This document shows positions 42,058 through 51,266 of a DNA stretch of 64,000 nucleotides, one piece after another (the first letter of the stretch is position 1; each line of letters begins with the position of its first letter). The notes beneath the pieces were generated by a model, which had not been told where the DNA came from, made no database searches, and saw only the letters and a program-made list of their open reading frames with translations. The position numbers and the translations under genes are program-made. Origin of the DNA: Nitrosopumilaceae archaeon (GTDB lineage Archaea > Thermoproteota > Nitrososphaeria > Nitrososphaerales > Nitrosopumilaceae); assembly GCA_965200155.1 (NCBI GenBank), contig CBDATR010000024.1, forward strand, positions 320,001-384,000. The letters are read 5' to 3'.

Positions 42058-42348
42058 CTAGATATCTGCCCTGGGGAAGCTGGCTTCGTACTCTTTCTCG
42101 CGCATGCGCATCTGCTCCTCTTCCTGCTTGTTCTCTTTTATGGCTACCACTTCTATTTTGCGCGCATCCTTGGTGAACCATGTAACGGTTATCAGTCCTG
42201 TTATCTCTAGGTCCAGCAGCATCTTGTTGAATCTGTCTGCTGGCATGGTGATTCCGTCTTTGGCCAAGGACTTTGCCAGCTCTTCGTCTGTCAGTGATCC
42301 GGAATTCTTTATCTTTTCGTATGCCATATTGCGAAGGGGAATGGTCAT
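42058..42348 (-). CDS. Small winged-helix-like conserved protein downstream of cdc48
   Basis: LTDEEL...FNKMLLDLEITGLI. Confidence 0.7.
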   Translation of the reverse strand: MTIPLRNMAYEKIKNSGSLTDEELAKSLAKDGITMPADRFNKMLLDLEITGLITVTWFTKDARKIEVVAIKENKQEEEQMRMREKEYEASFPRADI

Positions 42349-42349
42349 T

Positions 42350-44512
42350 TTAGCCGTAGAACACCTTGTCTGTTTCTTTGTTCATTATGTTTGAAATACT
42401 TTCGCTTATGCGGGCGTACCACTGGCTCATGTCAGGGGTTATGGAGGGTTTGGCTCGCGTAAGGGCATAGACAAAGTCGGCGTTTGTTATGTGTGCCTGG
42501 TTATTGCGCATGGCATGTATGGCTGCCTCCCTGCACAAGGCGGCCAAATCCGCGCCGGTATAATTATTTGTGGCCACCGCTATCTCCTGCATATTCACAT
42601 CATCCATAAGGGGCATTTTGCCGGTAAGTATACGAGCTATCTCAATTCTCTCCTGCTCGTTTGGCGCTCCTACATGCAGTAGTATGTCTAGGCGTCCTGT
42701 CCTTATGAGTGACGAATCCAACACATCCGGCCTGTTGGTTATTCCAATGACCGCAACGCCGGGAATCGTACCCTCCTCTATCTCGGTAAGCAGCTGGCTG
42801 AGTACGGTCTCGCTGGCACCGCCCTCCCTGTGCCTGGCCAGCGAGTCTAGCTCGTCAAATATTATGACGCAGGGTGCAGAGGCTTTGGCTTTTCGAAATA
42901 TCTCCCGTATGGCCTTCTCGGACTCTCCCATCCACTTTGAGAGGATCTCAGGACCACGTATCAGAATCATGTTGGCCCCGCTCTCAGTTGCCATGGCCCG
43001 GGATACAAGGGTCTTGCCACATCCCGGCGGACCATACAACAGTGCTCCCTTGGGTGGCCGTATTCCCATCTTGGTGAACTTGGATGGTTCTCGCATGGAT
43101 ACCACAAGATTGTTGGCAAGATCCTCCTTAACCTGGCTTAGTCCTCCAACATCTGTCCAGTGTATCTTGGGCTGCTCAACGTAGAACTCCCTCATTGCAG
43201 TGGGTACCACCTCGTGCATGCCCTGGTGGAAGTCGGACAGTCTTATTTGCATACACTCTAGTACATTGGTGGGTATCTTCTCAGACTCCAAGTCGATATG
43301 TGGCAGATAGCGGCGTATGGCTCGCAGGGCCGCCTCCCGGCACAGTGATTTTATATCAGCGCCAGTATAGCCGTGCAGCTCCGAGGCGAGCTCCTTGATG
43401 TTTACATCCTCTGCCAGAGGCATGCCCCGTGTATGTATATGCAGTATGTCCTGGCGCCCGTCCGTATTTGGTACTGATATCTCAAACTCCCGATCAAAGC
43501 GTCCCGGTCGCCGTAGTGCCGCCTCTACACTGTCGGGGCGATTGGTGGCGCCTAGCACCAGAACGTTGCCCCGCTCATCGAGCCCGTCCATCAGGGCTAA
43601 TAGTTGGGCCACTACGCGCTTTTCCACATCCCCGTAAGAGTCCTCCCGCTTAGGCGCGATGGCATCTATCTCGTCAATGAATATTATGCTGGGTGCATTC
43701 TCCCTTGCCTCCTTGAATATGTCACGAAGACGCGCCTCGGTCTCGCCGTAATACTTGTTTACAATCTCAGGACCATTAATGGAATACATGTTGGCGTCTG
43801 ACTCACTGGCTAATACCTTGGCAATCAGTGTCTTCCCGCATCCTGGTGGTCCGTACAACAGGACCCCGCTGTGAGCCTCCACTCCCAACCTCGCAAAGAG
43901 CTCGGGATGGCGCAGGGGAAGCTCCACAATCTCCCTCATGGCCTTTATCTCGTGATAGAGACCCCCCACTTCCTCGTATGTGATACGCGCCTTGCGATCA
44001 ACAGCCGCCTCTGGCGATATACTGAGGCTGGTGGACTCATCTATCCGTACCACTGCGCCAGGCGTGGCCTTCTCAAGACGCAGGAGTATGGGGCTGCCCA
44101 GTATCATAACGGATATCTCATCGCCCACTATAAGGGGCAGGCCGCTCAGCCGTTTCTTTACAAAATTTGTAAATTCCGTATCTGCCACTACAGTGCCATT
44201 TACCGGAACAAAGATTACCGAGCGTGCTGTCTTGGCAGTCGTTTTCTTGACCTTTACAGTATCATTGAGAGAGACGCCCATGATCTTGCGGGTTTGTCCG
44301 TCTATGCGGATGACGTCGGGCATTTTTTCGTCCTCGTCTGCAGGCCAGGCGATGGCGCAACTTGACCGCATACCTGTTATCTCAATTATGTCTCCTGGTG
44401 CTACATTAAGATAGTCCATGGCATCCGGGCCCATGCGCGCCCGTTTCTTTCCCACATCGCGATGCTTTGCCTCGCCCACATGCATTTGTAGGCTACCATT
44501 ACCATTGTTCAA
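42350..44512 (-). CDS. cdc48: CDC48/VCP-family AAA+ ATPase
   Basis: N-domain plus two GPPGCGKT AAA modules. Confidence 0.96.
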   Translation of the reverse strand: MNNGNGSLQMHVGEAKHRDVGKKRARMGPDAMDYLNVAPGDIIEITGMRSSCAIAWPADEDEKMPDVIRIDGQTRKIMGVSLNDTVKVKKTTAKTARSVIFVPVNGTVVADTEFTNFVKKRLSGLPLIVGDEISVMILGSPILLRLEKATPGAVVRIDESTSLSISPEAAVDRKARITYEEVGGLYHEIKAMREIVELPLRHPELFARLGVEAHSGVLLYGPPGCGKTLIAKVLASESDANMYSINGPEIVNKYYGETEARLRDIFKEARENAPSIIFIDEIDAIAPKREDSYGDVEKRVVAQLLALMDGLDERGNVLVLGATNRPDSVEAALRRPGRFDREFEISVPNTDGRQDILHIHTRGMPLAEDVNIKELASELHGYTGADIKSLCREAALRAIRRYLPHIDLESEKIPTNVLECMQIRLSDFHQGMHEVVPTAMREFYVEQPKIHWTDVGGLSQVKEDLANNLVVSMREPSKFTKMGIRPPKGALLYGPPGCGKTLVSRAMATESGANMILIRGPEILSKWMGESEKAIREIFRKAKASAPCVIIFDELDSLARHREGGASETVLSQLLTEIEEGTIPGVAVIGITNRPDVLDSSLIRTGRLDILLHVGAPNEQERIEIARILTGKMPLMDDVNMQEIAVATNNYTGADLAALCREAAIHAMRNNQAHITNADFVYALTRAKPSITPDMSQWYARISESISNIMNKETDKVFYG

Positions 44513-44513
44513 G

Positions 44514-44795
44514 TTACTTCATGTCCACTGACATGCGGCTCATATTCAGCACCTCAAACTCACTCACTCCGTCTACGGATCGGACGGCGTTCTCCAACGC
44601 ATCACTCTGGCCTTCCATGTCCTGTATTACAAACTCCGCCTTGATACACTCCAAGCCAAAGGCGATGGGCTCTATACTGTGCCTTTTCATACTCATGGAT
44701 TCCGGCAGGGAGTCCTTTATGGAATCTGCCAACTTGTTAAGATCTACTTCTATATCTGTTGGCAGTATCTTGGATATGAACAATAATTGGGTCAT
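44514..44795 (-). CDS. ef1b: Translation elongation factor 1-beta
   Basis: KILP...EPIAFGL; start at 44795. Confidence 0.93.
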   Translation of the reverse strand: MTQLLFISKILPTDIEVDLNKLADSIKDSLPESMSMKRHSIEPIAFGLECIKAEFVIQDMEGQSDALENAVRSVDGVSEFEVLNMSRMSVDMK

Positions 44796-44797
44796 TG

Positions 44798-44977
44798 TCA
44801 GGGTCCCTCGAATCCGCATTGATTACAAGCGTATGAACGGGCCGACTCTCTGCAACTTTCACAACGCCATATCTTTATGGCATTACAATCCGGACAGTCA
44901 AACTTCACGCACTTGTCGTTGGGCATTATGGGACGAAAGCAACAACTGCATGTGGGTAGTGATATCTGCGATGACAT
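44798..44977 (-). CDS. Zn-ribbon protein (DUF1610/HVO_2753-like); not in the ORF track
   Basis: [13 protein letters not shown]...[14 protein letters not shown]....[11 protein letters not shown]; canonical position upstream of ef1b. Confidence 0.88.
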   Translation of the reverse strand: MSSQISLPTCSCCFRPIMPNDKCVKFDCPDCNAIKIWRCESCRESARSYACNQCGFEGP

Positions 44978-45002
44978 ATGGTACCGGATTTACGAACTTC
45001 AT

Positions 45003-46154
45003 TTATACCTTGTTGGATGTATGTGTCATTCCCAATATGCGCCGTATCTCGCTCGCGGCTAGGGTACCTGCCACCTCTATTGTGCCCTTTATGCCCAAGA
45101 CATTCAGCAGGGTACCTGCATGAAAATCAAAGTCACTGCCAGATAGGGGCAGCTTGCCGGGGCGTATGCTGGATATGATTCGGCTGATGGCGGTATTATC
45201 TAACATCTCAAGTATCTTCCGGCCTTTGGACTGTAGCCGGAACTCCGCGCCAAATTTGGTCCTCCAAGCTTTCCCGTAATCCAGGGACTCTGGTATACCT
45301 GATTCAAGATGCGACGCGATGGCTCTGCCTGCCAGTATCCCACCGGCGCCACAGGAGTATATGCCGCCACCGGTTGTAGGCTTGGTTTGTCCTGCAGCAT
45401 CTCCAACGGTTACCCTATGACCATGTACGAATTGGGGCATCGCGCCGCCCACCCATATGGGCGCTATAATGCTGCGCAGTATCGCGCCGCCCCCCAAGTC
45501 ACTAAGTAGCGACTCCATAGCTTGAGTGGCGTTTATGTTGCGTCCCGCCACTCCCACTTTCCCGTGCCCGTCGCGCCGGGGAATTATCCATGCAAAGAAG
45601 CCGGGGTATTTATCACGGTCCAGCATGACTGATACCCGCCCCTTTCGTATCCAGTCTGCATGAATTTCACATTGTGCAGACTGCACTATGTGGGACTTGT
45701 TTTCTATGGATACGATGCCCCTGGCATCTACCAGGATATTATACATCACATCCCCGTTAGCGGTCTTAGCTGTGTGATCCCGCGTTCCACGAAATGTCGT
45801 GCCAACCTGTATGTCAGCTCCGGCCTTTTGTGCCTGCATTGCTATCTGCTTGTCCAGCTCCCGCCGGTCTATTTCCTGAGTTCCCATGGCTGGCAGCGCT
45901 ATACTTGAGCCGTCCGGCGCGACTATACTGACCGACTCTATGGTGTTTCCCAGCATCACTCCTGACGGGCTAACCCCTAGATACTCCAAGGCCGCCCTGC
46001 TCAGCAGCCCGCCGCAATGCTGCGGTGTTCCTATCTCGTGGCTCTTCTCCAAGACTAGTACCGAGTGACCAGCGGATGCCACCTCTCGGGCACACAGTAA
46101 TCCTGACACGCTACCGCCGGCAATGACAACATCATATTTCACAAGCATAGTCAT
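45003..46154 (-). CDS. Geranylgeranyl reductase-family FAD oxidoreductase
   Basis: DVVIAGGSVSG, PQHCGG, FAWIIP, VGDAAGQTKPTTGGGI. Confidence 0.9.
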   Translation of the reverse strand: MTMLVKYDVVIAGGSVSGLLCAREVASAGHSVLVLEKSHEIGTPQHCGGLLSRAALEYLGVSPSGVMLGNTIESVSIVAPDGSSIALPAMGTQEIDRRELDKQIAMQAQKAGADIQVGTTFRGTRDHTAKTANGDVMYNILVDARGIVSIENKSHIVQSAQCEIHADWIRKGRVSVMLDRDKYPGFFAWIIPRRDGHGKVGVAGRNINATQAMESLLSDLGGGAILRSIIAPIWVGGAMPQFVHGHRVTVGDAAGQTKPTTGGGIYSCGAGGILAGRAIASHLESGIPESLDYGKAWRTKFGAEFRLQSKGRKILEMLDNTAISRIISSIRPGKLPLSGSDFDFHAGTLLNVLGIKGTIEVAGTLAASEIRRILGMTHTSNKV

Positions 46155-46203
46155 TATATGATACACAAAAGTTTTTTTCAGTATGTGATGAGCAAACCTG
46201 GTT

Positions 46204-46557
46204 ATGGGTAACATAAAGCAGGTGATAGCGGTGCGAACTGATCTACGCATGGGCAAGGGCAAGATTGCCGCCCAGGTGGGACACGCCTGTGTCGTGGCCA
46301 CGGAGCGGGCCAGGGTATCTTATCGTGATTGGTATGATATGTGGTGGCACGGCCAGGAGAAGGTGGTTCTGCGCGTGAGTGATGGTGCAAGTCTCGAGCG
46401 CATACGGCAGGAAGCTGCACACACAGGATTGCCTTACCATCTGGTGGTGGATGCGGGCCACACGCAAATCACTCCCGGTACGACCACATGTGTGGCAGTG
46501 GGACCTGCGCCTGAGCATCTGATTGATGGTATAACCGGTGAACTATCCCTGCTGTAG
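46204..46557 (+). CDS. pth2: Peptidyl-tRNA hydrolase Pth2
   Basis: KQVIAVRTDLRMGKGKIAAQVGHA and DAGHTQ motifs. Confidence 0.96.
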   Translation: MGNIKQVIAVRTDLRMGKGKIAAQVGHACVVATERARVSYRDWYDMWWHGQEKVVLRVSDGASLERIRQEAAHTGLPYHLVVDAGHTQITPGTTTCVAVGPAPEHLIDGITGELSLL

Positions 46558-46585
46558 TACTAGGTAGTCAACATAAAGATATAAC

Positions 46586-48193
46586 GTGTGCCCGTCTCCT
46601 ACCTGTGTGAAGCGCCCTACCCGTAGCTCAGGTCGAAAGAAGCTAGGCATAATAGTATGCGCATTCTTTGGGTTCATACTACTCTCGTCCACTATCTTGT
46701 TTGCTGTTCCCAGTCCTACTCCCTCTGGAATGGAGGCTCCGGCACCCGATCAGATTACCATTACCGGAACACCACAGGATAACTATCCGGACGCGCAACG
46801 GGCTCAGTTCTGCGGCGTTGCCCCGCCACAGTCAAATACGTATATCCGGGAGTTTGAGATCCCCACTGAATGCACGCAGCCTCTGGCCATTGTAACTGCC
46901 CCGGATGGCGGGGTATGGTTTGCTCAGTCAAACACCGGTAACTTGGCCCGCTTTGATGCAACAACAGAGACGTTCACGGAGTTTTCCAACCCCTTGTGGG
47001 AGTCCGGTCAGCGTTCCATGATCTGGGGACTGGACTATGCTGACGGCTATCTTTGGTATGGTGATGAGGCCAACGACTCTGTGTGGCGCTTTGATACTGC
47101 CACCGAGACATATAGGCAGTTTCCCCTGCCTGGATCAGGAAGCATATTCCCCCAGGTGTTACAAGTTGTGGATACTGACATAATACTAAATGACCTGACC
47201 GGAAATACCATGGTGGTTCTGGACGCCTCTGATATAGAGAGTGGGCTGGAATACTATTCTGTCCCCTCCAATGTTACTGATGCGGTAACAGCGGGCTTTA
47301 CCCTAGACAGGCAGGGTATAGCGTGGTATACAACATGGATCCCGCAGGGAGGCGGCTTACTGGTGGGCCTGGATCCTGAAATAATCAAGAGGCAAGATGG
47401 TCCTGATCCCGTAATAACCACACTACCCCCTGCCCTGCGTACACCCAACGGTATCGCGGTGGATCACGGAGGGAATGTGTGGCTGGCAGATACCAGCAGC
47501 TCATACTTCTTCATGTATGATGCGGCTACGGGCGACTTTTCGCAGTTTGTTACCAGTACGCCGGATGTATTCTCCTATGGTAATGTTACAGGAATAGTTG
47601 GTAACCCCATATCCCGGCCTTACTGGATGCAGGTGAATGATAATGGTATGATAGTCTTTAACCAGCAGACCGCCAACCGCATCGGGGTGATGGATCCGCG
47701 CACCGAGAGCCTTGTAGAATATTCCATACCATCTAGGAATCCACTATGGAGTGACTGTGGAGGTGATCCACTGTGCGGTATCTCGCAGGCACTAACCTTT
47801 ACGGTTGATGGCTCAGATGTCTGGCTTACCCAGTGGGCTGAGAACAATGTCGCCGTACTGGATACCTCAATCCCCTTGCCCTTTGATATAACACTGGAGA
47901 CGCCCCGGGTACAGTTATCTCCCGGCGAGACTGTAATCACATCATATGTGGTAGAGGCGAATGTGGGCAGAACAATAGCCATAGAGCCAATTCAGACGTA
48001 CACGCATTCATTTCTGTATTCACAGACGCATGATCCCCTTCAATTGTACCGACTTGACGGTACCCAGACCATAACACTGGACATTACGTCTTTGCCCAAT
48101 GCGGTGCCTGGTGAGTACAAGATACTGCTGGGAGCAAAGTCCGGAGATGTGACTATCTCGAAGTTTGTCACAGTGGATATAGTATCCCCGTAG
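46586..48193 (+). CDS. Membrane-anchored Vgb-lyase-like beta-propeller protein
   Basis: TM helix followed by repeated PxxI..DGxVW units. Confidence 0.8.
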   Translation: MCPSPTCVKRPTRSSGRKKLGIIVCAFFGFILLSSTILFAVPSPTPSGMEAPAPDQITITGTPQDNYPDAQRAQFCGVAPPQSNTYIREFEIPTECTQPLAIVTAPDGGVWFAQSNTGNLARFDATTETFTEFSNPLWESGQRSMIWGLDYADGYLWYGDEANDSVWRFDTATETYRQFPLPGSGSIFPQVLQVVDTDIILNDLTGNTMVVLDASDIESGLEYYSVPSNVTDAVTAGFTLDRQGIAWYTTWIPQGGGLLVGLDPEIIKRQDGPDPVITTLPPALRTPNGIAVDHGGNVWLADTSSSYFFMYDAATGDFSQFVTSTPDVFSYGNVTGIVGNPISRPYWMQVNDNGMIVFNQQTANRIGVMDPRTESLVEYSIPSRNPLWSDCGGDPLCGISQALTFTVDGSDVWLTQWAENNVAVLDTSIPLPFDITLETPRVQLSPGETVITSYVVEANVGRTIAIEPIQTYTHSFLYSQTHDPLQLYRLDGTQTITLDITSLPNAVPGEYKILLGAKSGDVTISKFVTVDIVSP

Positions 48194-48195
48194 CA

Positions 48196-49386
48196 TTGTC
48201 AGTACCTGATATAGACAAAACAGTGGGCATTACCGTATATGGTACAGAGACGCCCGGTACCGGCGGCAGCATACGGGGGAGTACAGAGGACTTTGTGGTG
48301 GATGAAATCCTGTCTGACAGGTATTCTTCCCTTATACGGGATAATGGGAGATATGCAGTATATAGACTGGTAAAGAACGGAATTGATACCGGCCACGCAC
48401 TATCTGACATATTTCGTACACGACGTCTGCGACTCAAGGCTCTGGGACTAAAGGATGCATTTGCACGCACGACTCAGTACGTGTGCTCGAATGGGACCGG
48501 TTCCGGCATAGAACACATGAGGACTCCACGATATGAGATAACCCTGCTGGGATACACGGATCGTCCCATAACCAAGAAAGCCATGGTGGGCAACAAATTC
48601 CGCATACGGGTGCGGGGCCATACCGGCACACTGCATGTATCCTGCGATATTATACCCAATCATTTTGGCTATCAGCGCTTTGGATCCCGCCGTCCCGTAA
48701 CGCATCTGGTGGGAAAGGCCGTTCTGCTTGAAAATTTTGATGAGGCCATACGACTAATACTGTATGAGACCTCCCCGCATGATCGGTCAGAGAACACTAT
48801 ACTGAGGCGCAAACTTGCTGAATTATCATATGATGAGGGGTTGGAGATTCTGCCCCGGGGTATGGATACTGAGCGGACAGTGTTACGCTCCCTGCATGAG
48901 TGCGATGATACGCGCGTAGCATTTATGACGATACCGCTTTATCTGAGGCGGCTATATGTACAGGCATATCAGTCCTACCTGTTCAACCTTACTTTGAGCG
49001 GCGTCATGCATGAAAATATTGATAGCACGATGCCTCATGATGGCGACATCTGTTTTGATAAGACTAGCCGTATTGGAAAGTGGGATGGATGGTCTCAGTC
49101 TCGCCTGGCAATTCCGCTGGTGGGCTATTCATACTACAAGAAGACTCGCTTTCATGGTGTTATATCGAATGTGTTGGAACAGGAGGAAGTTACGCCCAGG
49201 ATGTTCTATACCAAGCATGCCCAAGAGCTGAGCTCAGAGGGTGGGTTCCGGCAGGCAATACTGGAATGTACTGATTTCTCATCATCCGAGGATACTGTGG
49301 AGTTTGTATTGTCCCGCGGATCCTATGCCACCATGGTAATGCGGGAGATAATGAAGCCGCGGGATCCTATCACCGCCGGTTTTTGA
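48196..49386 (+). CDS. truD: tRNA pseudouridine-13 synthase
   Basis: EDFVVDE, GLKD, GNKF, PNHFGYQRFG, GSYAT. Confidence 0.95.
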   Translation: MSVPDIDKTVGITVYGTETPGTGGSIRGSTEDFVVDEILSDRYSSLIRDNGRYAVYRLVKNGIDTGHALSDIFRTRRLRLKALGLKDAFARTTQYVCSNGTGSGIEHMRTPRYEITLLGYTDRPITKKAMVGNKFRIRVRGHTGTLHVSCDIIPNHFGYQRFGSRRPVTHLVGKAVLLENFDEAIRLILYETSPHDRSENTILRRKLAELSYDEGLEILPRGMDTERTVLRSLHECDDTRVAFMTIPLYLRRLYVQAYQSYLFNLTLSGVMHENIDSTMPHDGDICFDKTSRIGKWDGWSQSRLAIPLVGYSYYKKTRFHGVISNVLEQEEVTPRMFYTKHAQELSSEGGFRQAILECTDFSSSEDTVEFVLSRGSYATMVMREIMKPRDPITAGF

Positions 49387-49594
49387 TATATGATATAACG
49401 CCCGCTGCAAGCACGACTATCCCTATGATAGCTATGGCAAGACCGTATCCGGTCCACTGCGGGTTTTCGTACATGAACGATTCCTGTGGACCCGCGAGAC
49501 CGTGGCTTTGCATGTAGAATAATATACCAAACAGAAATAGCGCCGTTCCTGATAGCCATGTAACTTTATGTGCGGTTCTGGTGTGGGGCTGCAT
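49370..49594 (-). CDS. Small two-TM conserved protein
   Basis: GPQESFMYENPQW between two TM helices. Confidence 0.65.
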   Translation of the reverse strand: MQPHTRTAHKVTWLSGTALFLFGILFYMQSHGLAGPQESFMYENPQWTGYGLAIAIIGIVVLAAGVISYIKNRR

Positions 49595-50008
49595 CTTACT
49601 GTCTAGCCTGCACTAATCGCCGCGCCCCATCGTTAATGAGTACCCGCATGAATTAACTCATATCGGCGGCGCTAATATGTACCTGTATTTTGTCACTTTA
49701 CAGTAATCGTTTAGGTCACGTCTGGTTCTCTGACTTTTTGTTTCAGATAACCAGTGGCTAGATTGTTATATCCGGCATATCCGTAACACGTGATTAGCTT
49801 GTCCAGTATGTCTGAATAGTACATTTTGATTATCTCCGATGAGCGTGAGGTGGCCAGCTTGTATGCTATGCTGTCATTTCCACTGCACGCCCACGCGTAT
49901 GCAGTCTTGCCGTTCAGCGAGAGGGGGGTCTCGTCCATCAGTATGGTCTCGGATTTGATCAAATCCTCCCGGATTTTTCCCACCTCTTTCTCCATTTTTT
50001 CAGATGCA

Positions 50009-50114
50009 GCTTCCATGGCGTGCTGTATTGTTGTCTTGCAGGAGCCACTCATCCTTGATTTGATCCCGATTGTATCGCTTCCATGGCGTGCTGTATTGTT
50101 ATCTTGCAGGAGCC
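50009..50114. repeat. 38-bp duplication (1 mismatch) enclosing a 30-bp insert, inside the IS66 pseudogene
   Basis: GCTTCCATGGCGTGCTGTATTGTT(G/A)TCTTGCAGGAGCC at 50009 and 50077. Confidence 0.85.
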
Positions 50115-50710
50115 TGCCTCGTACATTTTCATGGTGTCCGCGATACCCTGCAGTGTGGAACCATTGTAATATGCAGTGGTCATTATGGTCAATAAGTTGG
50201 GTCCAAATTGTGTGCCCGGGATACTCCGGGTTCATGTACCATATCCGTAATGTTATGACATTCCCGGCACCGTCACTCCTCTGTTATGTGCGCGGTAACC
50301 TCGGCTTTCGGAATAACGGGTATGTCTGTTGTGGTGTTGCCGGTCTTTTCCAGGTTTTTAGAGCCGCATTTTGAACACTTGTCAGGGGTCTTGTCAGGGG
50401 TCTTGCGGACTATTTTGTCAGGCCTTCTGTTGTGGTATTTTCCCGGGTGCCCGCTCCTCCGGCCTCACTTGAGTGGAGTTTACCTTTTTCTTTGCGGCTT
50501 TTTTTCATCTTCTGAGGAATGGAGTTCTGTGATGGTTGGGGTATGCGGGTTTTCATAGTATCGGAGACGATTCTTTAATGATTTTACTTCCACATCCCTC
50601 GCTGTGAGTATTATCTTCAATTCTGTCTTGTCTGTCTCCAACCTTGTAATCTTGTCTGATTGTATCTCGATGATCATGTCTTTCCCTTTGATTATTCTGA
50701 TCAGTTTACC

Positions 50711-50959
50711 GGGAATTATATATGAAAGTAGCACAGAAGAAGCGTATCGCTCCAACTAGGGACGAAAATGGAATGTAACCCGTTCCAGTCCAAGAATGGC
50801 GCTACGCGTAACTAGAATGATTCACCATTCCATGGAATAGAACCGGTTCCCTGGTTGAACTTGTTACACGACTTATTGTAACTATGCCGCCATTCCTGGA
50901 CTGGAAATCATTATTCTAGTGAAAGCCCTACTGCAGTGCTACTTTCGTATATAATTTCC
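50711..50959. mobile_element. ~250-bp MITE family G (IS1595-type ends); left arm of the composite
   Basis: GGGAATTATATATGAAAGTAGCAC...GTGCTACTTTCGTATATAATTTCC. Confidence 0.85.
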
Positions 50960-51114
50960 TGCTCAAGTGTGGCAACCATCTTATCCAACCAGAATCCAGC
51001 ATGGCGAACAGGTACACCGCGAATCATGTATATTCACCAGTCCTCCACTTCTCACCACCTGTAGTTCCATGATTCTGTATTGACGTTCATCATGAGTGGT
51101 GGCAGTCTTGCGCG

Positions 51115-51244
51115 GTATGAGTTCGCCTATGTCTAAATGGAACGGGTCATTCTATAACTGATCGCGACAGTTAAAGAGTAACCGGTTACTATTTTGTGCA
51201 TAAGATTGGAGTAACCGGTTACGTTCCAAGACGTGAACTCACAC
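51115..51244. mobile_element. MITE family A variant with three palindromic patches
   Basis: Family-A TIRs; 130 bp versus the 92-bp consensus. Confidence 0.85.
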
Positions 51245-51266
51245 ACCCATTCTTTGTAATTGCAAG

